Part shown: positions 28,001-41,080 of the stretch, one piece after another | Numbering within the stretch: position 1 is the stretch's first letter | How the letters are laid out: the number at the start of each line of letters is the position of its first letter | Assembly (NCBI GenBank): GCA_030141605.1 | Contig: JAQGDQ010000066.1 | Span: forward strand, 372,001 to 436,000 | Direction of reading: 5' to 3' | DNA length: 64,000 nucleotides | From: Tubiluchus corallicola | Taxonomy: Eukaryota > Animalia > Priapulida | Program-made: the position numbers and the translations under genes | Notes under the pieces: generated by a model | Told to the model about the DNA's origin: nothing | Databases searched by the model: none | What the model saw: the letters and a program-made list of their open reading frames with translations, nothing else

Positions 28001-29477
28001 TTACGCATCTCAAGTTTTCTTCTCACGTTAAAACCTTTCTATTTCCTAGCTGAGCTGAGCTGGCTTCTCATGTGTACTTGACAGTATTGGACTGTAACGA
28101 CCATTAACCAATAAATACAAAGTGCTCTCCCTGCTCTCTCGTGTAATTCAGACATACTGAACACATTTTAGTATTCTTTTGGAGTGCACAAATCGAATGC
28201 TTTCCCTAGCCTGTACCTATACAAGAAACAAAATCAATATCTATTATTCTTCCGTGCTGTTATTGATGAGCTTGCCTCACTAGGGGCATCTTTATCATAT
28301 CCCTTTTATTTTACGACGAACTGCAATTACACCCAGCAAGTAAAATCGGTTTATCCTGGCCTAGGCTCAACTCACTGTGGATTTTCTCTATTAGAGAAAA
28401 TGATGGTGCTATTAAATTTACTTGAGGGACCTCGTAAGGGCGTTTATATTGTCGCAAGTAGCGCGGTGATGAACTAATGACGTCTTCACGTCAAAGACGT
28501 CAAAGAATATTCCATAAAATTATAATACTTATTCTAAGTTCACAGATCGTTCTACTCTTTCGACCGAATATTATTAAAGTTTCTAAATTCTTTGTGGTTT
28601 ATAGTTAATAATATCGTGCATTTTTTGCTTGTGATTATGAAAACACGTGTTATGTAACAGCGTGATGTAGTTGAACATATGGAATGGACAGCTGAGTAGT
28701 ACGTTGATTCCCGTGCTATAGCTTCACTATCATTAGACAATGTGTGATACAAGTTAATCAAAGTTGAATGCCAAATTCCCTATCAGTTCACAATATATGA
28801 TGTACAAGAATAATGAAAATGACATCATTTACATTGAATGTTGTAGACAATAACGAGGGGTACTGGTTTACTTTTTCTTTGTCAGTTTCATCACACTACA
28901 AGCCGGAGTCCAGCACTCAATGTCATCTGTGGTAAGACTGGAACTTAGCTCATTATCAAATTTTAGGCTCTAAGATGAGACACTGAATCTGCAAAAGTCC
29001 GTTCCGTTGTGAACACATCCCCCACTACGCGTTAAACCGTCAAGGTAAGTCGCCTATGCACCCACCCATTCACAGATTTCTTAACTTCGATCACCACCAC
29101 GCCGTTCCCACTCGGTAGTTTAACAAGTTGTGTATTTACAATTTTTCTTGCTTTTGGACAGCCAATGAGCGCGTCTGATAAACTTTACTGCTCAAATACT
29201 AATTTTGAAAACCTTGAGATAAACTGTTGGGGCGTGAAAATGAAGCCTACACTTTAGTGGGACTCTCTTTGAAGTACAAAATACTAAATGAAGTAATAAA
29301 AAACTTTTCTTGCTGAGCAGTTCTTTCCGTTTCTGACAGAATAGCAAAACTCTGTTTCTATAACCCATAATGGAAATTTTGTATCCAGAAACATAGACAT
29401 TGTCAATTGGAGAAACTGATCGAAACTCTTTGTGTTGATAACATTCAATTAGAGGTTTTGTTTTTGCTTCTTTGCAG

Positions 29478-29650
29478 TGAAGACTAGACAGGAACGAATT
29501 AGTGTTTGTGAGCGGTGTTGCGGTTGCAGATGCGGCAAAGGAGTGGGAATTGCGATTTTAGCTGCAGGCTACTTTCTTCTCATATTGCCAGCTGGTGCGT
29601 TGATTATATTCTTTTCTCTTCTTCGTCTCTTTTCTGCCTCGTGTACGTGA
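29478..29650 (+). CDS. Terminal exon encoding a Cys cluster and a transmembrane segment (unknown small membrane protein or pseudogene)
   Basis: Strong acceptor (ttttgcttctttgcag), phase 1, reading VKTRQERISVCERCCGCRCGKGVGIAILAAGYFLLILPAGALIIFFSLLRLFSASCT*. Upstream phase-1 exon-like pieces lie at 28967-29044 and 29076-29114. Confidence 0.4.
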
Positions 29651-29897
29651 ATAACAACAGAATTTTGCAGTAGTAGCAGTACTGCGACTTAATAAGTTTT
29701 TTGAGTTCTTAGTCATAATAGTAATTTTATTGACAATTAGTGGTTATGAGCGACTACTACTTCATGATGCCCAAAGTCAAAAAATTCATGTTTGAGTAGC
29801 TTTATTACGTTTTATCTGTAAAAAAATCATAAGAAAATATAACAAACTAATTTGAGCCAAAAAAGAAACAAGGAAATTAATAATAAAGTCAGACTAA

Positions 29898-30062
29898 TAA
29901 CAATCAAAATAAACTTTCTGTCATGCTCTACTGACAGAGCTAGTTTACCTGGTTAGTTGGCAGTCTGTTCTTGGCTAAGAAAGTTGTTGTTGTTCTGTCT
30001 CAGTTAAACCATTTATTTGTCAAGAGTAGTAGAGCCATGATGTAAGTTTATTTTGATTGTTA
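29898..30062. mobile_element. Small MITE-like inverted repeat
   Basis: AACAATCAAAATAAACTTTCTGTCATGCTCTACT pairs with AGTAGAGCCATGATGTAAGTTTATTTTGATTGTT. Confidence 0.6.
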
Positions 30063-30533
30063 CATGAGACTACATTTTGAAGCGTACATGAGACTTGACT
30101 GGAAGTTTACACTTGAAGTTCAAAAGAAAAACAAAAACATGACAAAATCAGAATATATTGCACATGAGAGAAAAGTACTAAAGTAAAGAAAGATATGACA
30201 AGTTGACACAAGACAAGTAAAATACATAACTGTGACCTGAGTTGTAAGCATAGGCGTTAGGTTTACAACAACAAAAAAGTAAATAATAAATAATAAACAG
30301 CAATAAATAAAAAATGCTTTAAGCAATAGTTGGTTTCAATTCAATAATTATGTTAAATTCAAATAGTTTTTGAACGTTACAACAAAATTTAACTACTTTT
30401 TATGCTGATTACGAATCCATGGAATCAAGCATGAATTAAAATTAAGTTGGCTGTGTTGTCTACGATTTACATAAGATCGCACATTTATATTTCTTTTCGG
30501 CTGTTAGGGCAGAATGAATGCCTCACAATAGTG

Positions 30534-30609
30534 ACTCACTCACTCACTCACTCACTCACTCACTCACTCACTCACTCAATCACTCACTCACTCACTCACT
30601 CAATCACTC
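30534..30609. repeat. (ACTC)n microsatellite
   Basis: Directly visible. Confidence 0.9.
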
Positions 30610-30768
30610 AAACTATGAATTTGTATTTTCAAATAACTTGAAATTTTATGTTTCTTATGAATTTTAAATGTATTTTATTGTTCAGCATGCTGAGATTTTA
30701 AAAGATGCAGTGTGCTATATAAATAAATTTTTCATTACATTACATTACAATAAGCTCAAAAATAAATT

Positions 30769-31130
<362 letters not shown>

Positions 31131-34100
31131 TTGTTTCAAACCAGTGGCTCAGACAGACAGACAATTTACAAAGTTTATAAAAATTAGAACATTATTTGTA
31201 AAAAAAATTAATCTCCTACTGACAAAAATTGACATATTTAAACACACTAAGAGTATGATTAATCTGAGCAGGTATACTAATTAAAAATGGCAAGAACCGC
31301 CACCTATAAAAACATGTAAGCACACCTAATAAAATATTAAAATTACAATTATGGTTACGTATGTTAAACCGATCGTCCAGCAAATTTATTTCCCTCATAG
31401 GCAATACATATAGAGAGTTAATCCACTGCACTGTCTATAATGAGACATAAAAACCATCCCTAATTATTGCTGCTAATTTCTGTGATTTTCTTAAATGCAT
31501 ACCCACAAAACTATTGTTAATATAACACTTGTGTGTGGAGGCCATGATGCTCGTGTAAACGCACCTTAGCGCGTACCGGCGTTTTATTACCGCATGACCG
31601 TAGAGAGTTCTGCCCATGAGCACAGCCAACGCAATTAGCATTTAACTACCGTGTGGCGTTTTCTTTATCACAACAATCAGCCGCAGACGGCTTCATTCAA
31701 ATCGATCGGGCAATAATTACAAACAGAGAGAGGAAGCAATAAAAAACTTCTTTGGATAATGTTGTTTATTTACACGACGAATGAAGTCGGAACAAAGAGT
31801 TTTTGAACTTGCAGAATCTTAAGTTATTCTTAACTACATATCAAGAGAGAGAACAATATCCGCTAACGAGAAAACAAAAATCTCTGACAATCATAGGAGC
31901 ACAATCTGGATCATTAAGTTTAATAAGATCTATGGGTAGTGGAGCGACGTGGCATCTGTTAGAATTCCAGGTCGAGTTAAAGCTGTAGAGTTAAGCACAG
32001 CCATACACGGAGAAGTCATTTAAGTATTCAAAAACCAAATAATAGTTTTCACTGAGTTAATTACCGCAACGTTGTTAACAAAGGAAGTGAACAGGGTTAT
32101 TAATACAATTGGAGTAGTTTTAGTAAAAACCTTACTCGTTTTAGTAAGGTTTAAACAATCCTATTAACTGACTCACTTGCTTACTAACTTCCTTGCTTAC
32201 TTACGTACTTATTTACTCGACGCTAACTCACTCACTCACTCACTCACTCGCTCGCTCACTTGGCTTACTAGTTAGGGAACCTCTATCAAGGGCGGGCCAA
32301 TGAACAGATATTGCTAGTTACGAAATGAGGCTAGCGTCGCGACATCTGTCATTTTTCCCCTGTTAACTCAAGAAAATTGTGTAAGTCAATTCAATACTTA
32401 GTGCAATTTGCCAGTTAATAACAAGGAAACCGTACCAAGATTCGAAAATACATAATTTATAGAATTCCCCTAGTCACTCTAAACTGTGAAGGACTATAGT
32501 TAGTTGTGTAAATCGTGCGTTCGTCATTTCTTACGCTCGCGTGACATATAAATCTGCGCGAAGTTTTTACGCGCCACTCACAACATTGCTTTTCACAAGT
32601 TTTACACATGTTATGCTTACGATACGCCATCTTCTACACTATGTATTGAAAATAATATAAAACATTTCAAAGTCCTGTTGCGTCACTCTGCGTGTAGTTT
32701 AAGAATCTACAATGATTGGGTCCGCAAATTTTATTGTAAATCATATATGCCACCAAACTGATGTACAATTTTACAGTAGAATATTTAGAAGATAGCATGA
32801 TTTTTTGATGTAGTAACTGCTGGTTTTTAAACCGATGCTTCGTATTTTAAATCCCGTATACATTTTTTGTTTTATTTTTGTAAATTTTGGTAGCTCTTTT
32901 AATAGTGCATGACATGCAGACATGCATAATATTTTTTAGTTTAAAATTTTAGCTTTTACACAGCATTTACTTGTGCGCTGATATAAACTTCAATATAAAT
33001 AAATAATTAACTGCTGTACGTGAGATGATACCACATAACCTCCAGAACACAGCGAACTCGTCAATCAGATCAGCTCATTGCCGGTTAAATCACATAGCCG
33101 CATCACCTTTGCCGTATACACGTCAACGTTTTACGAGTCATTTTTCTAAACCTGACATTTTTAGTAGTCGCTGATATGTATTGTGCGTACTTTATGTTCG
33201 CTAAGTAGGTTTATTGTACTTTGTTTCGTTTCTAGTTTTCCATTTACCCGTTTTTACGTTAACATACGCACGATTAATATTTAATTCGCCGGCCATCATG
33301 CATGAATTATGGAAGCCAAATTTAAGGTACAGGAACTAAGAGACGTAGTGACATAGATGACTAGATGGGCAGTTACACCAGCTAATGCTGGTTTTACTGC
33401 GGGTAATTGCGCCTAAAAGCTTTTGCAAATAATTCACATAGGCAATGTTAAAATGCGTGGGCATATAATAATAACAGCAAAAACAGACGTTCGGCATAAC
33501 AGTGACAAACGATTTGCAAAATAAGTTAGAACAATTATGCTTATATGAATGACAATAGCGCTTCGTGCTAATGTCAGTTCTTGAATCACTTTTTTCACAA
33601 AAACATGCCTTATTTTTCCCTATATAACTGAAGATATGATTTCAACATGATTTTACAATATTTTAAAAACTTACCTCATGTTCGTCGCTTTATAGGTTGA
33701 TGAATGAATGTACTTAAAAATGAATGTAATTCGTTAATAATTTATAGCAATAACTCACACCTTTCTTTCCGTAGGCGCTTTAATTATTTACAAGGCGTGC
33801 ATGTGCTTTCACAAAAACAAATTTTACAGTAATTTCTTAAAGGAAACCAGACCAAAGCTTAAAATTTAGATCAAAACAATCTACTCTTTAAAATATTGAA
33901 AGGGAAACATACTATTTTTTCAAGAATAACTTACGTGAAAGAATTGTTACCTCACAAACGCAACTCGCTTTCACGCAGCTAGTTCTTCGCTGTTACATGC
34001 ATTTCACCTTTCGCTATTGACGATACTGCGCCTACATTTCGCACACGCGTTGTACAAAAACAGGTGCTGCAGCTGTTCGTTTGTGACGTACCGAACACGT

Positions 34101-34849
34101 TCGACAGCTTATGCGTGAGCGGTAAATTTGAAATTTGAATTTTTATCTTAAAAATTGCCGAATTTTAGTACAACACACTGAATCTTCTACAGTAGTGCCA
34201 CACTTCAATTTGCGCTTTGCAAACACATGTAACACCCTCATGAAATAAATTATGTTTATTTGTGATGTCATCAGTAGTTGGGCTCCGCGCCGTTAACTGA
34301 GATTTTAATCTATTATTTAATAATCAGACATGCTTTTGCAGTATTATTGGCGTTAACATGTATACTTTTTACCGTACTTCAAAATGGGGTAGGATATGAA
34401 GAATCATCCTGTTTTCCTTTAAATGAATAGTTGGGCCCATTCCCAAAAATTGTGCTCAAGTGGTCACTCCTGTTACGCGTCGTCGTTGTTGACGACACAA
34501 TCAAAAATTCCTGTAGGTGACGTCTGTGTTGTTGAGCGTCTTTACACACATGCGCGACTACAGTTGCATCAATTTGCAGATATATTATCAATCAATCAAT
34601 CAAAAGAAGGTTCATCGACACTTCTTGCCCCACCTAGCCAGTTGGTGTTTAACCCACTAGTGCGTATTTTGAAGACTCCCTGCAATTAGTTCACAATAGC
34701 AGTTTCCTTTTGGCTTCAGTGGACCTAAGGTACTTGAGCTCCTACTCTTTACAGACGTCAACTGTAAAGTTCCCACGCACAAGTGCATAAGTGAATTTCG
34801 TGTAAATTAATTTAATAAATTGTGAATCTAATCTGCAGCTTTTTTCTAG

Positions 34850-35025
34850 GTCTCTTGCTATGCATTTGGGGGACGACCAGAAATTACAACGTAGCTCTTG
34901 CTATAGGTCTCTCGATTATTGTTGTACCTGCTCTCATCGTACCGACTTTATACTTCGGCTTCCGGTTATCCAGACAGAAGAGGAAAGATCGGAGAGCTCT
35001 CTATCAGATACCCGAGGAAGTGTGA
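34850..35025 (+). CDS. Terminal exon encoding a single-pass transmembrane segment, basic stop-transfer and short tail (gene or pseudogene)
   Basis: Acceptor ctttttttctag. Reads NYNVALAIGLSIIVVPALIVPTLYFGF-RLSRQKRKDRR-ALYQIPEEV*, a typical type-I membrane protein end. The upstream donor at 34729 does not join cleanly in frame. Confidence 0.45.
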
Positions 35026-38000
35026 GCTTAAGATAATGGACCAGTCAGCCTAACTACGTTGCTAAATAATATAAAGCCATTAACCCTGCATATAGAGGTC
35101 ACACATTTATGGGCCGCTACTGCTGCGCAAGTCGAGTGAAAGACATAAACGCACCAGGAGAGTACGGGAGCAAGTCTACTGGAATCCAGATACGGATTGT
35201 GTGGAAACCTTTGTTAACTAAGAAGGATAAGCAGCTGACAGTAATTATGTTAAAAAATATGGCCATATTGTTAATTTGTTGATATTTTAATGCAATATAA
35301 TGATGTCAAATATAGTTGTCAATGGATTTTGCAAACACTAATTGAAAATTTGACTAGCAATAATATCTACCTTTTGTTTGAAAGTCATAAATTTGGTTTC
35401 ATTGAATTCGCAGTTTGACTATCCAGGAATTACACTTCAGGTCAATGAAATCTGTTATTCCGTAATATGTCCCAAAAATGACCTCAAAAATGTGTTCACG
35501 TCATCATAATTTTATAGAGTTCATTGAGCTTGTCACTTTTTGATCCGCAACCTTGGGACCAGAGGTCAACCAACTTGGTGTCACTCTATACGCTTCTCAT
35601 TTGATGTGCTACAAGTTATTGAAATCAAAACTGATGACTTTTTGATTCGACAGCCAAATATAGGCCAAGGGTAAACGAATCTCGGGCCACCCTATTCCAT
35701 TCAATTTGTCTCATCGATGATGGAAGCCTTTCATTTGATATTTACAAAATGCTGTTCTTCCACACGGAAATTTTTTTATTATCCAATTTCTAGCAACTCT
35801 GACCATTCCAATTTCTGTCACTTCTATAAAAGTGTAGTTTATGAGTGAAGCCTAATACAAGAATGACTTAGACTGAGTAATCAACGAAAAAACATCGTAG
35901 AAAACACAGGTGATCATAAAGAGCTGAACTGCATAACACTGGACCAATGAATTTCCATACGGGTTGTTCTATTTTGCATGAATGCAAATTAATGGTGTTA
36001 CAAAGCACAAAATGACAAACTTACTTATGAGAGTTTCTGACCGAATAGGATAATTTGATTTTATTTTGCGTTGGTAAGTTTTGTTTGTCATGTCGTTGAC
36101 ACGCAAGGCCTATTAGGGATTTATATTTTGGCTGTTTCTTGTCACTTAGTTTTGCATTTTCCCCTTCTTGCTATATTATATATATATATTGATGACTGTT
36201 GATGTATTGATAGATGATATATTGATATCCTCTGATGAGCACCAAATGTGCACATTCGTTAATTTATATTCTATTCAGTTTCTATTTCTAAAACAATTTT
36301 TTTGTTTGACGCCGTACAACGTCACTAAAACTTTTACAATTTTTCTGGTTATCCACATCATTTTAATGGCGTCTCTTCTACTGATGATATACATATATAA
36401 GCGAATGTGTAGGCCAAGCGTGACTCCTTGCTCTGAGATGAAAATCAACTGTTCCTCCCTGTAATCTAATATGAACTGATCACGCACAAGAAAGTCACGT
36501 AAAAGAAAGTTATTGTGTACATGTATTACATTTTTGGTGAACGGAAGAGAATTTGTAGAAAAACACGTGGATTTAGTCTACATTAATTAAGGTGGGCGAA
36601 CCACATACGAATACATGTACGTTTATACGAAGACGGTGTGGCCTGAAGGTTCGTAAAAAGTCTTTAGACAGCCTACAGATAACTGTTAGTTAAACGCAGC
36701 AATTAAAGGTTTATAATTGGCACATGAGGCAGATTTAGAAGATTCAAATTGCCGATTCAATATAGTTGCGGGGAAAAATAATGTGTGGCCAAAATGTTTG
36801 TACTTAAACAGTGTAAGAAGTTATGCAACACTGGACTGGTTTGTACATGAGTGATTGACCACCAGAAAAACTGTTTTTTGGCTGTTAAATCTACTAACCT
36901 CGCTTTGGTTACTTGTCTGATCGAAGGGGAGCATACATGCATGCAAACAATGGCTTGGATACGTTTGTCGGTTCATTATATGTTAGCTACATTGCTACAG
37001 TAGCTAGCTATAGTTCATTATTAATTAGCTAGGTTCTGTTCCTACCGTAAAATACAGACTCATTTTTGAGCGATAAATACTATAGTGCAGTGTGCCAAAC
37101 AGTCAAAAAGGAATTTCAAACTGTTTTAAAATTTACTAATTAATGGGCTTAAAATGACATTTAATTAAACTGACTCTCTCCTCTGCGTGTTTTTGTATAA
37201 CAGAGATTGATAATCAATAGTGTGGATCAGAATTTTCAGGTACGGACATGGTAATATGTTATACATTATATTCATTTATATCCACTTTTAGTCACTTTTC
37301 TTTGTAGTTTTTTGCTACCACTTGCCAATATTATTCCACCTTTCTCGGCCTGGTAATTTTCCTGTATATTGTTAACAAATCATTCCAAAAATTAATTGTA
37401 TTTACAATTATATCTTTTTGCTTTAAATCTTAGAATATATGTATGCATTCGATTCGTTGACTACATATTATACTAATAATCATATCACAGCTACTTTTAA
37501 TGTAAATAAATGATTTGTTGTGATGCGCTCACATTTTGCATTTTCTGACAATTAGTAACATTGTTTACGAGGTTAATCATTGTAAAATATATTTCTTTCT
37601 TACTAATATATAAATCGCAGTTATTTCTAATACAAATTTTACACTGTTTGAATTATTTATTACAGCATCTAGGCTGTAATTTTGTCCCATAATTTTGCCG
37701 ACAATGTGCGTGAATTTGCATACGCGCTAGTCTCGCTTTGATTAGATGTTTTAAAATTACTAGAAAAATTAATATTCTAACAGAGCTGTAAAATGAGTCC
37801 AGAGACTGGAGATAAATTAGTTTGTGAAAGCTGTCCAGAGAAAATTACTTGATTCATTATTCCTAACGCTTTCATCCGTCAGCCAATAAAAATAAATTGA
37901 ATAAAACTCGAATTTTGGAAAGATAAAGTTAATAGAACAGTTGCGCATTGCGCCATTCCCTGATCAAGCCAGACGGATTTGATAGCCCGCTCTCAAACTA

Positions 38001-38932
38001 CATAACAAAATACCATCACACAATTCTAAATACCACGCTAAAAGTATATCTGGATACACCTCATGGAAATCTTAGAAGAGTGTGCATATTTGCCCAAAAG
38101 GAATGTTCATGCTAAATAAAATGAAATATAATAAAACTAATTAATGAAACCATTATAATTAATGAAACACTGAAACTCACTTGATAAGTAATTGTCAGTA
38201 ATTTTTTTTCATTTTGTCTACTATTATGCGGTTGTATGACGTTTTCTCTAATAAAGAAATAAGAAATGCGTAAGCGCTAGCCCGTTCATCTATATTCAAG
38301 CAGCATCCTCATTTCTTCTGTGTGTCGTGTGCCCGATATTACTCCACACCAATAGCTTCCCAGACCAGATATGAACAAATCTGACAATGCTAGATACATG
38401 TATAATGTTTCACCAACAGCAAGGCTGGCAGTACGGTACGGCACGGTACGAAATAACGCTACGGTACGAAAAAATGTGCATAAAAGTACGGTACGAAATT
38501 ACGGTTTTTTTCGCACCTTTTACGAACCATTTATTCCCAGTTTCTTGTAACGTTTCTATTGGTCAGCAACTCAGTGTGACAACTTTTTTGTTCCTGTGTG
38601 GACCCTAATTAACACAGACTACACGCAAACAAAACCGCCAAACTCGTTCCTTTTTAGTGCAAAGTTCAAAGCCACAAGTTGTTTGGGAAGCTGAAGTTGT
38701 CATTTTCCGTAAATTACGTTTATATTTGTTTCTCACCGTTGATATCAATGCATGTAACGCCGTTGTTTTAACTGCTATTTCTAGCTATTGCGTAGTAATT
38801 TACTGCATATCTCAAGCTATGCAGATTCTGTTGAAGCAAGAACATTACAAAATGTATGTCGTTAATGAGGAATGTTTAGAACTTTGCTTTTCTGTGCAAA
38901 ACAGTAACGATTTAATCATTGTATATCACATA

Positions 38933-39052
38933 TACTACGGCCAAATCACGTTGAAAACACCGGTTCTCGTCTGATCACCGAAGTTAAGCAACGTAGAGAC
39001 TGGTTAGTACTTGGATGGGTGGCCGCCTAGGAATACCAGGCGCTGTAGGCTT
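38933..39052 (+). rRNA. Full-length 5S rRNA-like sequence, probably the head of a SINE rather than a functional gene
   Basis: 120 nt: CTACGGCCAAATCACGTTGAAAACACCGGTTCTCGTCTGATCACCGAAGTTAAGCAACGT...GGTTAGTACTTGGATGGGTGGCCGCCTAGGAATACCAGGCGCTGTAGGCTT. Box A (AGTTAAGCAACGT) and box C (TGGATGGGTG) are present. No oligo-T terminator follows. Confidence 0.9.
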
Positions 39053-39474
39053 GCCCACACTGTATCTCGACACTAGGCGGAGGAGCTGTACAAGCAGCCA
39101 ACGGCTAGAGGGCGGAGGAGGCCAAGTGACCCAACGGCCACGTGTAGAGGAGTAAACCTTCCAAATCAGGAGTGGAGCCCCGAAGGCGGACCAGTCCAGC
39201 ATGCTCACTGTGACTCCGGCAGTTTCTGCAGCCAACCTGGTGCCAAACGTATCGGTCCGCTTTCCTTTGGACTACACCAGCGAGGAGGAGAGGGGGTTCC
39301 TGTTGTCTGGGCAACTCAGGATCTCCATGCATCTTACCCAGGCGTGCGCCCTGAAGACGTTCGAGGATCGGACTGCTCAACCACAGTCGACGCTGCAGCT
39401 CCATCAATGTGATCAATAATTGACTCTCTTGGCGCACACTCCATTATCTTCCGAGACAGAAGGATGCCAACAAC
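38933..39474 (+). mobile_element. 5S rRNA-derived SINE (SINE3-type) with RTE-LINE-like body and 3' end
   Basis: GC-rich island with sharp edges in AT-rich DNA. The 5S head reads directly into a ~420-bp body containing CTGCAGCCAACCTGGTGCCAAACGT..CCTTTGGACTACACCAG..GAGAGGGGG..CAGGATCTCCAT..CCCAGGCGTGCGCCCTG (recalled as RTE 5'UTR-like). It ends CCATTATCTTCCGAGACAGAAGGATGCCAACAAC (recalled as an RTE 3' terminus with CAA tail). No clear TSD. Confidence 0.7.
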
Positions 39475-41080
39475 CTGTGTTAAACGTTTGCTTTGCCGAC
39501 AAAAGAAGTTCGGGACGTACGAACCTAACACATGAACTGGTGTGGTCAAAGTAATTAATGACTATAGCAGCTATGATTGTTTTGTATAGGCAAATGTGTT
39601 ACTTGTATTATGTAGCTTTTGCAATCTAAAACAAATAGTATGGAAGTTCAAATAGCAGTTCTGTTTTATAGTACGCATAAATTCATAACCTTATGAAGCG
39701 TTTAACCTCCAATTATGTTAAATAAAAGTATTATATCACCTATAGGATGTTTCTGAGTGGCGTACAAGCTTTATTCCACGTAGCCTATACATGCCACGAA
39801 GAAACAGGCTATGAGGTTTTTGTCCAATGTTAAATTTAAAGCTATAATTATTAGATATTGAATTGAAAGTATAGAAAAAAATTAAAAAAATTTAACTATG
39901 ACCTGCAAACAAGTTGCTGTAGTTATTGTACAGTGCACAAGACATTTGGACCAATGGTGCGCCTGGATTAGTGTCAGCATAAAAACAAGTACTGTAGCGA
40001 TAAGAAGCGCATTTTTGTGTCACACAAATGACCAATCAAATATGATTTAAGATGTTATACTGCTGTTTAGAAGCCTTGTATGACCGTTATTCGAACGTTA
40101 TCTTGCGTATTTGCCAATCAGAAGAGCAGAATTTTTCCTTATTATGAGCAATAATGTTAAAACATTCGTCCACAACGCATTACTGCTAATTCTATTGCGT
40201 TAGTCTGAGAATAGAGAGCTAGACACATTTTATTGAAAGTCCCATTAAATAATAGGAATAAATGGATTCATTATAGTAACTAATTTTTAATTTAAATGCG
40301 TCACACTAATTTTTGGAGCACAATTTGCATATACCGTAATGAATTATAAAAACGAATCTCCATTCCTACTCTTATAGAACATTCACGTTTTCATTTAAAT
40401 TTCCATTATGGCGGCTTCGAAATGAAGGTAGTTATGACACTTCCCACGCCAAGAGATATTTCGCGTTTACTTGCTCTTTATGGGCTGCAACAACTACAAA
40501 GAAAAATGCAACCAACGACGACAGACAAAGTAATATTTTCTTTACATCTTAGAACTATAGACAATTTGGTATGCCACAATAGTTTGTTAACTGTAAACGC
40601 AATCTATATACATGACAGCAAGAACTCTTTGTTTACTGTCTTCCAGTACCTGCCATCTGTGAATAATGGCTAGTTTCGAATGACGTTGAAATCTTATGAT
40701 TTGCGCTTCTGATCTTAACAGTTATTCGCATTTATGTACTAAGATATTAAACCAACCTGCTGACCAAGCATTCAAACTTAAATATATAAGGATAGTTCAC
40801 TGGCTACAAGTGATCAAATCATGTATCCGTCATTTTTTGTAAAATAAGCGTTTTTAACGAAATGTTGGACAAAAAATGACGCGAAGTGCTTTTTAAATCA
40901 ATCTTGCATTGTCTCAATTAAGTTATTTATTAATTTTATGAATTCTACGGATAAAAATTTAAATTAACATGTAAGTCGGTAAAATTCGCGTGTCTCCAAC
41001 CTTCAGTAAAATATCGAAATTCTAGTTGTTGAATACTATAAACATTTTAAACGACACCCAAATGATTGCAATAGCCACGT

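Noticed and set aside
28984-28986. In-frame TGA as selenocysteine
   Set aside because: No SECIS-like element was recognised and neighbouring exons also carry TAA/TAG stops, so decay is the simpler explanation.
38933-39052. Functional 5S rRNA gene
   Set aside because: It is a solitary copy with an altered 5' end and several substitutions, has no oligo-T terminator, and is fused to a retroelement-like body.
39053-39474. HDV-like ribozyme, or protein-coding ORFs, within the SINE body
   Set aside because: No HDV nested pseudoknot could be built by eye; this needs a covariance search. The short ORFs on both strands reflect high GC and match nothing recognisable.
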